Positions 49,301 through 58,884 of a stretch of 64,000 nucleotides of DNA are shown here, piece by piece. The translations under genes and the position numbers were made by a program. This stretch comes from Planctomycetota bacterium (GTDB taxonomy: Bacteria > Planctomycetota > UBA8108 > SXIK01). The notes under the pieces were generated by a model, which worked only from the letters and a program-made list of their open reading frames with translations, had not been told where the DNA came from and did no database searches. The stretch lies in assembly GCA_965223845.1 (NCBI GenBank), contig CBDCXR010000004.1:1632001-1696000 (forward strand). Reading direction: 5' to 3'. The number at the start of each line of letters is the position of its first letter. Within the stretch, counting starts at the first letter, position 1.

Positions 49301-51562
49301 CCAGGGGTCATTCGACACGAGGAAGTCGGACTCCTCTCTCGCGCGGACGCTCGCGCCGTCTCGCTCGAGCGAGTTCCGATTGATCCGGCTCGTCATCACG
49401 TTGCCGTCGAACGTGCTCCGTTGATAGGCGGACGGAAAGTTCGTCGACTCGCCGACCGCGATCCCCGCGATCGCGGTCGAGCCGTGAAGGTGCTCCATCA
49501 CATTCGGAACGAACCCGAGGCCGTCTCCCGGAGCACCAAAGTGGTCGTAGCGCCCACCTTCGATGAGGAGCGTCACCGGCTTCGTGTGGCAGTCGGCGGA
49601 ATAGAGGTCGCCGTAACGATCGAAGGCGAGTCCGAAGGGATTGACTTGGCCGTAGGTGAACTGCTCGACGCGCGAGCCGTCGACCTTCATGCGCCAAATG
49701 TTTCCCGAGCGCATGTGGATCTCGTGACCGTCGCGTCCGGCGAGACGGGTCTCGTTGTTGAATCCGTGGCAGGCGTACAGCCAACCGTCGAGTCCGCGGG
49801 TGAAGGCGTTACAGAGACCGTGCGTATCTCGCTCCCAACCGACCGGGCCGTAGAGCTTCTCTCGAACGTCGGCGCGATCGTCGCCGTCGGTGTCGCGGAG
49901 GAACCAGATGTTCGGAATGCTGAACACGATCACCCCATCCGCGTGCGGGTAGAGACCGATCGGGATGTTGAGTCCGTCGGCGAATGTCGTGACGGAATCC
50001 GCGCGGCCGTCGCCGTCTTCGTCGACGAGGATCTTGATCGTGTCCTTCGGTTTTCGATCGGGGGGCGCGGCGTAAGGGTATTCCTCGGAGCTCGTGACCC
50101 AGAGTCTGCCGCGAGCGTCGAAGGCGAGGTTCAGCGGCTTTGCGATGTCCGGTTCCGATGCGACGAGCTGGACCTCGAATCCCGGTGGCACGACGAAGCC
50201 GCGCGCCGCTTCGACTGCGGTGAGGGGCGGAGTCGTCCGCACGTGCTGAGAGAAGACCGATGTCCCGGCAACATGGACGGCGGATGACCGCCGCTTCGGA
50301 CGCGCGGCCTCGTACTCCGCGCGAGAAACGCTTCGTCCGCGGTTTACCATCACGTACGTGCCGAGCTTATTCCCGACAAGGATGTCGGTTCTTCCGTCGC
50401 CGGTTACGTCGCCCGCGACGAGCTGCGTACCGACGCCGGAGCGCGCATCGACGAGCCACGGCTCGAACCAAGTGCCCGTCTCGTCTCGGTGCGTCTTCAG
50501 CCAGTAGAGCACCGCGAGCTCGTGCGCTCCAGGGTCTCCGCCTCCGTGAGCGAAGTAGCGCTTTCCGGTGATGATGTCCTGAACGCCGTCACCGTCGACG
50601 TCGGCGAGAGCGACGGCGTGCATTTGGGAGATCGCAAGCCCGTACGGATTCTCGCTCGGTGAGCGCGTGAGAATCGGATGCCGCGTAAATTCCCCTGGCG
50701 CCGTCTGCTCGAACCAGGCGAGGCCGTAGGCGTGCGCGTTTTGGGTCGCCACGACGTCGCGATCGCCGTCGCCGTCGAAATCATAGGCGAAGATCTGCGC
50801 CGCTCCGGACTCAGCGAAGCGGACGGGATGAAAACGAAAGAGCTCGCCGCGCGTTCTAGATTGCTCCCACCAGCCGTTCGTCTCGAGAAGGTCCGGCCGG
50901 CCATCTCCGTTGACGTCACCGACTCCGAGACCGTGGGTGAAGCGTCCGTAGCCGCGGTTCGGCGTGATCGGAGTGAACGCCCACGGCCTCGTCGGCGCGT
51001 CCCAATCGGGCTCGGCGTAGCCGTAGGCGCCGCCGCGGATGCAGACGAGCTCGGGCCGTCCGTCTCCCGTGATGTCGACGAGCGTCGGTGACTCGTTGCT
51101 CACCTCGTCTAGCGCGAGGTGCTTTCGCCAGTGAACGCCCGTACGCCCGGGGTTCTCGAACCAGTGGCCCGCGGCGCCGGGCATCGGAATCGAGAGGATG
51201 TCGATCCGACCGTCACCGTTGAAATCGTGGGTGAACGAAAAAAAGAAATCCGAGTATTGCTTGATCGGCACGGCGCGCGGCGACGTGTACGCGCGACGCT
51301 CGCGAAACTCCGGTCCGGCGTACCAGTACGGACCCGAGATCACATCGTGGTGACCGTCGCCATCGAGGTCAGCGAAGCTCGCGCCTTCGCTGACGAACTC
51401 TTCGGAGAGAGCGATCCGTCGAAACTCCGTCAAGATTCGGTCGTGCGCCGCGAGTTGCGAGCACGCGAGAGAGAGTGCGAGGAATCCGAACAACGGGACG
51501 ACGGGGAGTCGAGAGACTCGGAGCATGAACATGAGACTTCGGTACCTCGGACGGCGCATCAT
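46361..51562 (-). CDS. Large PVC-type membrane-bound dehydrogenase/heme CxxCH protein with N-terminal FG-GAP repeats
   Basis: D.DGDG..D repeats; PPGFEVQLVASEPDIAKPLNLAFDARGRLWV; WFRPVDLQVGPDGALYVADFYNRIIGHYEV; HEAT repeats; GREIFKKQCAVCH...PNLDG...SPMP. Confidence 0.9.
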   Translation of the reverse strand: MMRRPRYRSLMFMLRVSRLPVVPLFGFLALSLACSQLAAHDRILTEFRRIALSEEFVSEGASFADLDGDGHHDVISGPYWYAGPEFRERRAYTSPRAVPIKQYSDFFFSFTHDFNGDGRIDILSIPMPGAAGHWFENPGRTGVHWRKHLALDEVSNESPTLVDITGDGRPELVCIRGGAYGYAEPDWDAPTRPWAFTPITPNRGYGRFTHGLGVGDVNGDGRPDLLETNGWWEQSRTRGELFRFHPVRFAESGAAQIFAYDFDGDGDRDVVATQNAHAYGLAWFEQTAPGEFTRHPILTRSPSENPYGLAISQMHAVALADVDGDGVQDIITGKRYFAHGGGDPGAHELAVLYWLKTHRDETGTWFEPWLVDARSGVGTQLVAGDVTGDGRTDILVGNKLGTYVMVNRGRSVSRAEYEAARPKRRSSAVHVAGTSVFSQHVRTTPPLTAVEAARGFVVPPGFEVQLVASEPDIAKPLNLAFDARGRLWVTSSEEYPYAAPPDRKPKDTIKILVDEDGDGRADSVTTFADGLNIPIGLYPHADGVIVFSIPNIWFLRDTDGDDRADVREKLYGPVGWERDTHGLCNAFTRGLDGWLYACHGFNNETRLAGRDGHEIHMRSGNIWRMKVDGSRVEQFTYGQVNPFGLAFDRYGDLYSADCHTKPVTLLIEGGRYDHFGAPGDGLGFVPNVMEHLHGSTAIAGIAVGESTNFPSAYQRSTFDGNVMTSRINRNSLERDGASVRAREESDFLVSNDPWFRPVDLQVGPDGALYVADFYNRIIGHYEVPLDHPGRDRHRGRIWRVVYRDQAARRDAGSERARARVDRTPDLTRWSLEEAVAALDTNLETRAQLLVERILGELDEKALELVVESFRRGAPLARARASWILHRSGHLTDERFSAAGADRSPLVRVHAMRIAALRDDALSLGVLRAGLRDAAPLVRRAAATAAATRPARDFIDPLLHTLVEIGERDPHLRYSLRLALRSHLQNENWFAEIAAGDLPANARAELADLCLALKTAAAGEFLAAHLLRAPIEDRGRLTRYLRFAVRHVSPDSIRALVELVRDRFEGAHALQLELLDAVRAGLESRGLERPAVVVDWARALSTWYLGVGGEAQPKWSFARSNDGAPNPFAPEQRTSSDGDRASWFVGSLAAGEKLTGSVVSREFTLPQTLSFFLAGHSGPPPRPARVENHVALVLSGSGEVLRRELPPRNDIAQRVEWDLTEHAGAKARLKIVDGISADGFAWISAGRFSVTGVNPTGEDAIEKAAATTPLSWSFLPHPDTPERQTCWVVSTRRQSSDGRRSTRLWSSFPRGEQRTGIFRSQSFSLPEAFRFFLAGHDGAPPGAPSGRNAVHVRDAGTHRVLKRFPPPRNDVAQRVTWQTGDLAGRRVYCELVDGDSRGAFAWLAAGRFSVDGLNPSEIPERVQTGARLASEFRLESLRGELATLLRRHAGDRDTSSALADSLAGIDAGSISSALADVARVRGADLALRRASFEALIAGDANAATASLATAMKAATAAEQLRLADRLASDPNGASLLVSFFAAGTASTRLLAQVSFRAKLSRALVAADRERVEGWVRDLPDESTEVAAELASRRKRYLERGGEPGRGREIFKKQCAVCHRVGDEGAPFAPNLDGIGNRGLDRLLEDIVAPNRNVDVAFRQTTIVTVEGDVLSGLLRPSDDALLTIIDREGKELRLAKDQAAEVTETSASPMPGNVGEILSDDEFSDLLGYLLSLR

Positions 51563-51646
51563 AGATCGATGGGCGAAGCGTAGTCGACGACGCGGGTCGG
51601 AGCAACGTCTGGAACGAGTCGCGACCCGAACAAACGGAATCGACTT

Positions 51647-52963
51647 TCAACGAACGTCGATCCTCGCGCCGTCGCGGATGAGCTCGCTCGGATAAAGAAT
51701 GACCCGTTCTCCCTCGTCGAGGCCACTGAGGACTTGCGCTTCGAGCCCGTTCCTCCGGCCAGGTACCACGCGACGCTCTCGCGCGTACTCGTCCTCGACG
51801 ACGAAAACCGCCCAGCCGTCGCCGCGGCGAAAGAGCGCGCCGGTGGGCACGATGAGCACGTCGTCTTTCTCCCAGAGCACGATCCGGAGCTCCACACGAT
51901 ATCCGTCCCCGAGCGATGCCCACGCGGCGAGCTCGCCGACCGGATCGACGACGATGTTGACTCGCTGCTCCTCGACTCCGAGCGCCGACACTTTCGTAAA
52001 TCCACCCGGCTCGACGACGCGCACTCGCCCTTCGAGCGCGCGATCCGTTCCGTCCGGGAGCTCGCCGCCCCAGTCCCCGACGAGAACCGACATCCCCGGA
52101 GCCACCTTGACCGCGTCCTGCGAGAGAAAGTCGGCGACGATCTCGAGTGCGTCCGTGTTTCCGACCTCGAGGATCGGCGTCCCGGCCTCGAGCGTGCGAG
52201 CGCTTTCCTCGAACACGCGAAGTACCGTGCCTTCGATCGGAGAGCGGAGGAGGAGTCGGCCGGACTCGCTCTCCCGTTCGTCGGGAACGAGCAAATACTC
52301 CTCGGTTCGAAGCGGGGGGACGTCGATCGGGTCGGGCTGAGTTCCCGTCCGACCCGCCTCGTCATCCTCCGCACTCGATTCGACGAGACTCGCGCTCGCG
52401 AGTTCGCGCTCGTAGCGGGCGACCTCGACGTCGAGCTCGGCGGCTCGGAGTCCCTCCCGCGCACTCATCTCATCGCGTACCGCGCGGTCGAGTGCCTCCT
52501 CCGGAAGACTTCCGCGGGCGCGGAGCTCCTTCACGCGCTGGAGCTCGGTCTCGGCGAGACGCAGGTCGGCTGCCGCCTGCGCCTGACGCGCCTCACCGGC
52601 GCGGAACGCGGCATCGGCTCGGCTCACGCGGGCCACCGCCTCGCCCCGGCTCCGCGCGTCGAGGAGGCTCGGCGCGACGGGCACAAACTCCGCAACGAGC
52701 GTCTCGCGAACACGCACCGGATCGCCGGGCTCGAGCGCCGTCCGGAGCAGCCGTCCGGCGATCGGCGCGCTGATCGTATATCGTTCGCGGACTCGCGTCT
52801 GGCCATCGTCGTCGACGGTGACCCGGAGCGTGCCGCGTGATACCACTGCCGCGTCCGCGATCACGGCCGCCGGTCGAAACGAGTACGCGAGCGCGGCGAT
52901 GGCGCCGAGACCGGCAGCGATCCAGACGACTCGCCGCTTCCAAGTTCGCTTCGCTGGTTTCAT
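51647..52963 (-). CDS. Efflux periplasmic adaptor (HlyD/MFP family)
   Basis: N-terminal TM; ISAPIAGRL and LRSPIEGTV lipoyl halves around a coiled coil; FTKVSALGVEEQRV; LIVPTGAL. Confidence 0.9.
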   Translation of the reverse strand: MKPAKRTWKRRVVWIAAGLGAIAALAYSFRPAAVIADAAVVSRGTLRVTVDDDGQTRVRERYTISAPIAGRLLRTALEPGDPVRVRETLVAEFVPVAPSLLDARSRGEAVARVSRADAAFRAGEARQAQAAADLRLAETELQRVKELRARGSLPEEALDRAVRDEMSAREGLRAAELDVEVARYERELASASLVESSAEDDEAGRTGTQPDPIDVPPLRTEEYLLVPDERESESGRLLLRSPIEGTVLRVFEESARTLEAGTPILEVGNTDALEIVADFLSQDAVKVAPGMSVLVGDWGGELPDGTDRALEGRVRVVEPGGFTKVSALGVEEQRVNIVVDPVGELAAWASLGDGYRVELRIVLWEKDDVLIVPTGALFRRGDGWAVFVVEDEYARERRVVPGRRNGLEAQVLSGLDEGERVILYPSELIRDGARIDVR

Positions 52964-52967
52964 GGAG

Positions 52968-55337
52968 TCAGTCCCGAGCCTTGAGTACGTCAACGATATC
53001 CATTTGGTCGAGTTTTCGCCGGGCGATCCAGACGGAGATCCCCGCAGCGACGAGAACGGTGAGGACCGCGAGCGCGTACGTTCGCGAATCGATTACGAGC
53101 GGAAGGCGAAACTGCTCGGAATCGAAACCGGGACTCGCGACCAAGAGTGCAGCCAGCCCGCGTCCTCCGAGGAGTCCGAGAGGAATCGCAAACGCGAGAA
53201 CGACCGCGATTTCGCCGACGAGCAGCGCGGCGACTTCGCCTCGCCGGTATCCGAGGACACGGAGGCTCGCTAGCTCGCGGGCGCGCTCCGAGAGAGCGAT
53301 CCGAATCGTGTTGTAGAGGACGCCGAGCGCCATGACGAGCGAGAAGCCTAGGCTGGTCGCGACGTAGGTTCCGAGGTGTTCCCGAATGAGCTTCTGAGCC
53401 AGTTGAAGAACGGAACTCCGCGACGCGACGCCGGAGAGTAAGGGCGTCTCTTTGATGGTCGCGTGGAGAGCGGGGAGCTCCGCTTCGTCGATGAGAAGGT
53501 GGGCGCCGCTCAGACTTCGCGTCTCGCCGAGAAGTCTAGAGAGAGCTCTGAGGTTCATGTGGGTCGTGGTGCCGACGTAGGTCTCGGCGATGCGGGCGAC
53601 GTGCACGTCGCGACGGAGACGCGCACCTTCGAGAACTTCGACGCGCACGGAATCGCCCGCTTCGACCCCGAGGACCTGCGCGAGCCGTCGCGCCATGACG
53701 AGCCCCGAGGGCGGAATGGCGACCGGCTGCCGATTCGTGTCGAGCAAGGTCGTGAGTTCCGAATCCGACGGAGTCCCGATGATCGCCCCGTTTCTTGTCT
53801 GCGTCCCGCGGCGAAAGCGTACCGGTACCGTGCGGTACGGCTCGGCGTGTTGCACGCCGGGAAGCTCCTCGATCGACGAGATCGCATCGACCGAGCGCGG
53901 CGACGAAAGGGTGAGACTCACGTCTTCGCGGCGCTGTACCCCGAACTCGATGTTGAGCATGTGCTGAAGGGCGTCGAAGAAGAACGCGTTCATGATCGTG
54001 AGCGCCGTGGCCATCGCGACTCCGAGCACGGCGAAGATCGTGCGGCGTGGTCGCCGCTCGAGCTCGCGGAGCACGCTGCGGAGCGTCACGGGAAGAGACT
54101 CTCCGAATCCTGCCCGCTCGACGATCGTCGGACGGTAGGAGGGCGGAGCGGGAGGACGCATGGCCTCGGCGGGCGGGAGAACGACGCTGCTCCGCACTGC
54201 TCCCCACGCTCCGCCGGCGGCCGCCACAACGCTGAGGGCGACCCCCTCGATCGTTTCGCGCACTCCGAGGACGAACGGCAGTTCCGGGAAGCGGAAGTAT
54301 TCGGCGTACTGCCGAGTCATCGCGGCGCCGACCGACGCGGCGAGAAGCACGCCGAGGACGCAGCCGACCAAGACGACGGCGCTGACCAACTTCGCGTAGT
54401 GGAATCCGACCTCGCGGTCTCGATACCCGAACGCCTTCAGGATCGCGATCTTCTCGCGCTGTCCGGCGACGATGCGTCCGACCACGATGGAGAGAAGAAA
54501 GGCGGCGACGATGAGAAAGATCGTGGGGACGAGGACGGCGAAGGTTCGGAGTTGGGCGAGCTCGTTCGAGAGAAACCACGCCGACGCCTGATCGCGGCGC
54601 GCGATCGCGCCGATCCCGCCGTAGCGATCCAGGCGGGCGTCGACGCGCTGGATGATCTCACCGAGGAGCGCATCGGTCGACACGCGGAGCGAGACGTCGT
54701 TGAAAGCCCCGTCGACGTCGAACGCCGCCGCGAGCGGCTCTCTACGCATCCACAGAATCCCGTAGCGTCGATCGTCCGGGAAGATCGAGCTCGGTCCGAT
54801 CGCGTAGGTGAACTCGGGGGAGAGGCACGTGCCGACGACGGTGAGCTCCTCGTGCCGGCCGTTGATCACGGCGCCGATTCTCGCCCCGAGCTCGAGATCG
54901 TGTGCTGCGAAGAATGCCTCATTCGCGATCACCTCGTCGCTCCTTCGCGGGGCGGGTAGCCGGCCGGAGCGCAGGCGGAGATCGTTGACCGCCGGCCGGC
55001 CGCGATCCGGAATGGACACGAGCCGACCACTGACGGCTTCCGCCATCCGCGGAACATCGAGTGTCACTTCCGCGACGACACGCGTCTCGACTGCCTCGAC
55101 CCCGGGAATCGCGGCGAGCGTCGAGGCGACGCTCTCGGGAGCTCGTTCGAGCGACGCGAAGACGTGGCCGAACCGTTCGTGCGCGTAGTAGGACGCGCGC
55201 GCGGCTTCGAGAGATCGCATCGTCGAGCGCATTCCGAGGTAGACGCCGACTCCGCAGGCGATCACGAGCGCGATCGCGATGAGCTGACCGCGGAGTTGCG
55301 CTAGATCACGGAGAACCTTGATGTCGAGCGCGCGCAT
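52968..55337 (-). CDS. ABC transporter permease (duplicated FtsX/MacB type)
   Basis: Two halves with QREKIAILKAFGY and ERARELASLRVLGY motifs. Confidence 0.92.
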   Translation of the reverse strand: MRALDIKVLRDLAQLRGQLIAIALVIACGVGVYLGMRSTMRSLEAARASYYAHERFGHVFASLERAPESVASTLAAIPGVEAVETRVVAEVTLDVPRMAEAVSGRLVSIPDRGRPAVNDLRLRSGRLPAPRRSDEVIANEAFFAAHDLELGARIGAVINGRHEELTVVGTCLSPEFTYAIGPSSIFPDDRRYGILWMRREPLAAAFDVDGAFNDVSLRVSTDALLGEIIQRVDARLDRYGGIGAIARRDQASAWFLSNELAQLRTFAVLVPTIFLIVAAFLLSIVVGRIVAGQREKIAILKAFGYRDREVGFHYAKLVSAVVLVGCVLGVLLAASVGAAMTRQYAEYFRFPELPFVLGVRETIEGVALSVVAAAGGAWGAVRSSVVLPPAEAMRPPAPPSYRPTIVERAGFGESLPVTLRSVLRELERRPRRTIFAVLGVAMATALTIMNAFFFDALQHMLNIEFGVQRREDVSLTLSSPRSVDAISSIEELPGVQHAEPYRTVPVRFRRGTQTRNGAIIGTPSDSELTTLLDTNRQPVAIPPSGLVMARRLAQVLGVEAGDSVRVEVLEGARLRRDVHVARIAETYVGTTTHMNLRALSRLLGETRSLSGAHLLIDEAELPALHATIKETPLLSGVASRSSVLQLAQKLIREHLGTYVATSLGFSLVMALGVLYNTIRIALSERARELASLRVLGYRRGEVAALLVGEIAVVLAFAIPLGLLGGRGLAALLVASPGFDSEQFRLPLVIDSRTYALAVLTVLVAAGISVWIARRKLDQMDIVDVLKARD

Positions 55338-55340
55338 GCC

Positions 55341-56096
55341 TCACCAAAAGATCGCGTCCGGGGAGACCGGAGTCTCGTTCCGTTCGTCGCTCGCGATCTT
55401 CCCGCCCGCGATGCGGACGACTCGGTCCGCGATCGCGCCGATCGCCGCGTTGTGGGTGATGATCGCCGTCGCTGTACCGAGCTCGCGGTTGACGCTGCGG
55501 AGCGCGCGCAGAACGATCTTTCCGGTTTCGACGTCTAGGGCTCCGGTCGGTTCGTCGCAAAGGAGCACGTCCGGGCGCTTCGCGATGGCGCGCGCGATCG
55601 CCACCCGCTGTTGCTCGCCGCCGGAGAGCTGCGCCGGAAAGTGATCGACGCGATCGGCGAGGCCGACGATCGTGAGCGCCTCGCCCGGATCCATCGGCGC
55701 GGTCGCGATCTCGGTCACGATCCGTACGTTTTCGAGCGCCGTCAAACTCGGGATGAGATTGTAGAACTGGAACACGAATCCGATGTGTTCCCGCCGGAAC
55801 TCGGTGAGTCGATCGCCCTCGTTCGAGAGATCCTCGCCGCGGTAGGCGATCCGTCCCGTCGAGGGAACGTCCAATCCGCCGAGGATGTGAAGGAGAGTCG
55901 ACTTTCCGCTTCCGGAGGGGCCGAGGAGAACGAGAAGCTCGCCCGCGCGGAGCTCGAAGTCGGTCTCGCGGAGGGCGTGAACGGTGATCTCGCCCATCGG
56001 ATACATCTTAGAGACGCCGTGAAGCGATAGAATCGGCACTTCACCCGTTGTGGGTTCCGCCGGATCGGTCATCGCGTTCGTGTCGCGCGTCGCCAT
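55341..56096 (-). CDS. ABC transporter ATP-binding protein (LolD/MacB type)
   Basis: [44 protein letters not shown]. Confidence 0.95.
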   Translation of the reverse strand: MATRDTNAMTDPAEPTTGEVPILSLHGVSKMYPMGEITVHALRETDFELRAGELLVLLGPSGSGKSTLLHILGGLDVPSTGRIAYRGEDLSNEGDRLTEFRREHIGFVFQFYNLIPSLTALENVRIVTEIATAPMDPGEALTIVGLADRVDHFPAQLSGGEQQRVAIARAIAKRPDVLLCDEPTGALDVETGKIVLRALRSVNRELGTATAIITHNAAIGAIADRVVRIAGGKIASDERNETPVSPDAIFW

Positions 56097-56120
56097 CGAG
56101 TTTCACCTCTTCCCCTCACC

Positions 56121-56603
56121 ATGACCTTTTCCCAACTCTTTCGCTACGAATTCTGGGCGACCCGTCGCTGGTTCGATCGCCTCCGTGCGCTCCCCGAGGT
56201 CATTCCCGAAATCGTGGGCCTCTTCGCCCACAATCTGGCTGGGCTCGAGCTCTGGGCGCTTCGACTCGAAGGGAGAGAGAGTCGCGACGTTCCCGTGTGG
56301 CCGGATCTCACTCTCGACGAGTGTGAATCGCGCATCGCTTCGCTCGAACGAAGGTATGCCGCCCTCGGTCTTTTCGAGCGCGAGCCGACTCCCGCCGAGC
56401 TCACTCGCATCGTCGAGTACTCGAACCAGCACGATCTCGCGTACGCGACCCAGGTGGGGGACATCCTCTGGCATCTCCTCATCCACGGGGGGTACCACCG
56501 GGGACAAATCGCCCGTCGAGTTCGTGAGCTCGGACACGATCCGGTGAACACGGACTACATCACCTACGTGCGCGAGCTCGCGGGCGAGGAGTGGAAGCCG
56601 TAG
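56121..56603 (+). CDS. DinB family protein
   Basis: LFRYEFWA, FAH, DILWHLLIHGGYHRGQIA and TDYI motifs. Confidence 0.88.
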   Translation: MTFSQLFRYEFWATRRWFDRLRALPEVIPEIVGLFAHNLAGLELWALRLEGRESRDVPVWPDLTLDECESRIASLERRYAALGLFEREPTPAELTRIVEYSNQHDLAYATQVGDILWHLLIHGGYHRGQIARRVRELGHDPVNTDYITYVRELAGEEWKP

Positions 56604-56642
56604 CCGACGTCCGGCAGCGGGTAGGATCCGATTCGTTTCGAG

Positions 56643-57140
56643 CTACTCGTGCCGAACGTGGAGACTCGACGTTCCGATCTGCGCGCGAGGTTTTTTCGTC
56701 GCCCCCGCGTCTCGTCGCCGGAGCTTTCGGTGGAGGCCGCCGAGCCACGTTCGCGACGAGTCTCGAAGTGCGTGATCGAGGAGGACCTCGAGCCGCTCGA
56801 GCACCTCGCTCGAGAGCACGTGCTCGAGTCGACACACCTCTGCACGGGCGGTGCGTTCGTCCATCGCGAGGACGTCGATGAGGAGCGTTTGGAGACAGCG
56901 ATCGCGGCGGTGCACCGCCTCGGCGGCGACGATTCCCTGACGCGTAATCTCGACCGTGCCGTAGCGCTGATGTACGACCAGTCCGGCGTCCGCGAGGCGG
57001 CGAACCGCTCGGGTGACACTCGGCATGCGGACGCCGGCGGCGTCCGCGATATCGCGGATCCGAATCGGCCGGCCGGTGCCCGACAGGCGATGGATGTGCT
57101 CGAGGTAGTTTTCCTGACAGGGGGTGAGTTCGTGCGCCAC
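56643..57140 (-). CDS. DtxR/MntR family metal-dependent repressor (no SH3/FeoA domain)
   Basis: ENYLEHI, DIADAAGVRMPSVTRAVRRL HTH, YGTVEIT, EVCRLEH. Confidence 0.9.
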   Translation of the reverse strand: MAHELTPCQENYLEHIHRLSGTGRPIRIRDIADAAGVRMPSVTRAVRRLADAGLVVHQRYGTVEITRQGIVAAEAVHRRDRCLQTLLIDVLAMDERTARAEVCRLEHVLSSEVLERLEVLLDHALRDSSRTWLGGLHRKLRRRDAGATKKPRAQIGTSSLHVRHE

Positions 57141-57223
57141 CGCGAGATCCTCGATGTGAAAACGGGGAGAGGACGGGAATTCAGTTGACCGGGCTCGCGA
57201 GTGCGGTAACCTGATCCGGAAAT

Positions 57224-57243
57224 AAAGTTACCTCACGCTAAGT
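57224..57243. promoter_or_regulatory. Putative DtxR-family operator 1
   Basis: AAAGTTACCTCACGCTAAGT imperfect palindrome; its reverse complement matches 57271-57290 at 17 of 20 positions. Confidence 0.7.
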
Positions 57244-57270
57244 TCGCTTAGCGAGTTTTTTTTGCGAGAG

Positions 57271-57290
57271 ACTTAGCCTCGGGTAACTTT
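57271..57290. promoter_or_regulatory. Putative DtxR-family operator 2
   Basis: ACTTAGCCTCGGGTAACTTT, TTA-N8-TAA type dyad in an AT-rich divergent intergenic region. Confidence 0.7.
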
Positions 57291-57366
57291 TGCCGTCCGT
57301 GTCGCGCGGGTCCCGATCGCCATCGTGATCTTTCGAGCCGCCGGCAGACCGACCCTCGAGTGACTC

Positions 57367-58884
57367 ATGCCCGGATACCTCTCAGGGATGCTGAAAACTC
57401 CGTACGTCGAGACCTCGTCGATTTCGCAGCCGTTCGCGCCGGCGGGGCATGGCTGCCCGCGAGCGAGATTCTTCCGCGCCGCGCTCGTCCTCGTCGTCGC
57501 CGGCGGCGCCTTGGGCGTGTCGAGTCCTGTCTCGGCTCAGATCGACATCGAGAGCGGAACGCTCGGCCGCCCGAGAGTCCGACGTGACACGAGCGAGCGA
57601 GAGGAGATCGAGAGACTACGCGGCGAACTGGCCGAAATCGAACGAGCGATCGAACGCCTCGAGGCGCCCGACGAAGAACTGGAGCCCCAACCGAGCGACC
57701 CCGAGGACAGCGGGGTCGAGCTCGAGCCGTTCTGGGACCGCGAACGGCTCGCGATTCCGCGTGCTCTTCGCGGAATCGAGGACAAACCCTTTCTCGCGAG
57801 CCTGTGGCGGCGTGCCTACGTCGGCGGCTACACCGAGCTCGAGTACCATTCCTTCGAAGACGGAATCCAGGGCATCCCCGAAGGGTTTCGGATGCACCGG
57901 ACGAATCTTTTTCTCTTCACGGACGTCGCCGACAACGTCCGGTTCGCGAGCGAGATCGAGTTCGAGACCGAGTTCGACGGCGCGGAGAATTCGAACGACA
58001 TCGAAGTCGCGCTCGAGATGGCGATGCTCGACTGGACGATCTACGAGGAGTTCACCCTTCGGGGCGGGGTGATCCTCCCGCCTCTCGGGCGCATCAACGT
58101 GAATCACGATGGGCCCGTGCGAGAGTTCACGGAGCGCCCACTCGTCTCGACGTTCGTGATCCCGACGACCTTGTCGGAGGTCGGAGGAGGAGCGCACGGC
58201 GTCTTTTCGCTGAGCGATCGGTTCGCGCTCACGTACGAAGCGTACGCGGTGAACGGCTTCAATTTGCTCGACGCGTCCGGGGAGTTGGCGACGGGACCGA
58301 CCGAGATGCACGGGTTCCTGCGGGAAGGGCGCACGGCACTCGGCGGCGACGTCAACGACGGCATAGCGACGACGGGGCGCATCGGATTCGAGGTGGCAGA
58401 CGTGGTGCAAGTCGGCGGGTCGTGGCACGTGGGTACATACGACGAGCGAGGGGACAATCTCCTCTCGCTCGTTTCTGCCGACCTCGCCTGGGTCGCGGAA
58501 CCATTTTCCGTCGAGGGCGAGATCGCCGCCGCGGAGTTCGATCGCGACCGCTTCGCTCGAAGTGCCGGTGTCCCCGACCTCTATTGGGGCTTCTATCTAC
58601 AGGGCGCGTTCGGCGGGATGCCCGCGTTCCTCAGAGAGGCGGCACCCCACGTCTTCGGGGGCGACGGGGCGCGGCTCTCGCTCGCGCTCCGGTGGGACTG
58701 GATCGACCTCGACGGGGATCGCGGCGAGATCATCGAGCCCGGATTCAGCTTTCGTCCCGTCGCTGACACCGTCTTTAAGTTCTCGTATCGGTTCTCCCTG
58801 AGGAGTTTCGGGCTGCGCGGCGTGCCGGGCACCGAAACCTTTGACGATGATGGCTTCGTCTTCTCGCTCTCGACCTATTTCTGA
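57367..58884 (+). CDS. Outer-membrane beta-barrel porin-like protein with N-terminal coiled coil (start approximate)
   Basis: Signal peptide ending VSA; EIERLRGELAEIERAIERLE; YVGGYTELEY, RFASEIEFE, G.IL.PLGRIN..HD; amphipathic strands; terminal FSLSTYF. Confidence 0.8.
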   Translation: MPGYLSGMLKTPYVETSSISQPFAPAGHGCPRARFFRAALVLVVAGGALGVSSPVSAQIDIESGTLGRPRVRRDTSEREEIERLRGELAEIERAIERLEAPDEELEPQPSDPEDSGVELEPFWDRERLAIPRALRGIEDKPFLASLWRRAYVGGYTELEYHSFEDGIQGIPEGFRMHRTNLFLFTDVADNVRFASEIEFETEFDGAENSNDIEVALEMAMLDWTIYEEFTLRGGVILPPLGRINVNHDGPVREFTERPLVSTFVIPTTLSEVGGGAHGVFSLSDRFALTYEAYAVNGFNLLDASGELATGPTEMHGFLREGRTALGGDVNDGIATTGRIGFEVADVVQVGGSWHVGTYDERGDNLLSLVSADLAWVAEPFSVEGEIAAAEFDRDRFARSAGVPDLYWGFYLQGAFGGMPAFLREAAPHVFGGDGARLSLALRWDWIDLDGDRGEIIEPGFSFRPVADTVFKFSYRFSLRSFGLRGVPGTETFDDDGFVFSLSTYF

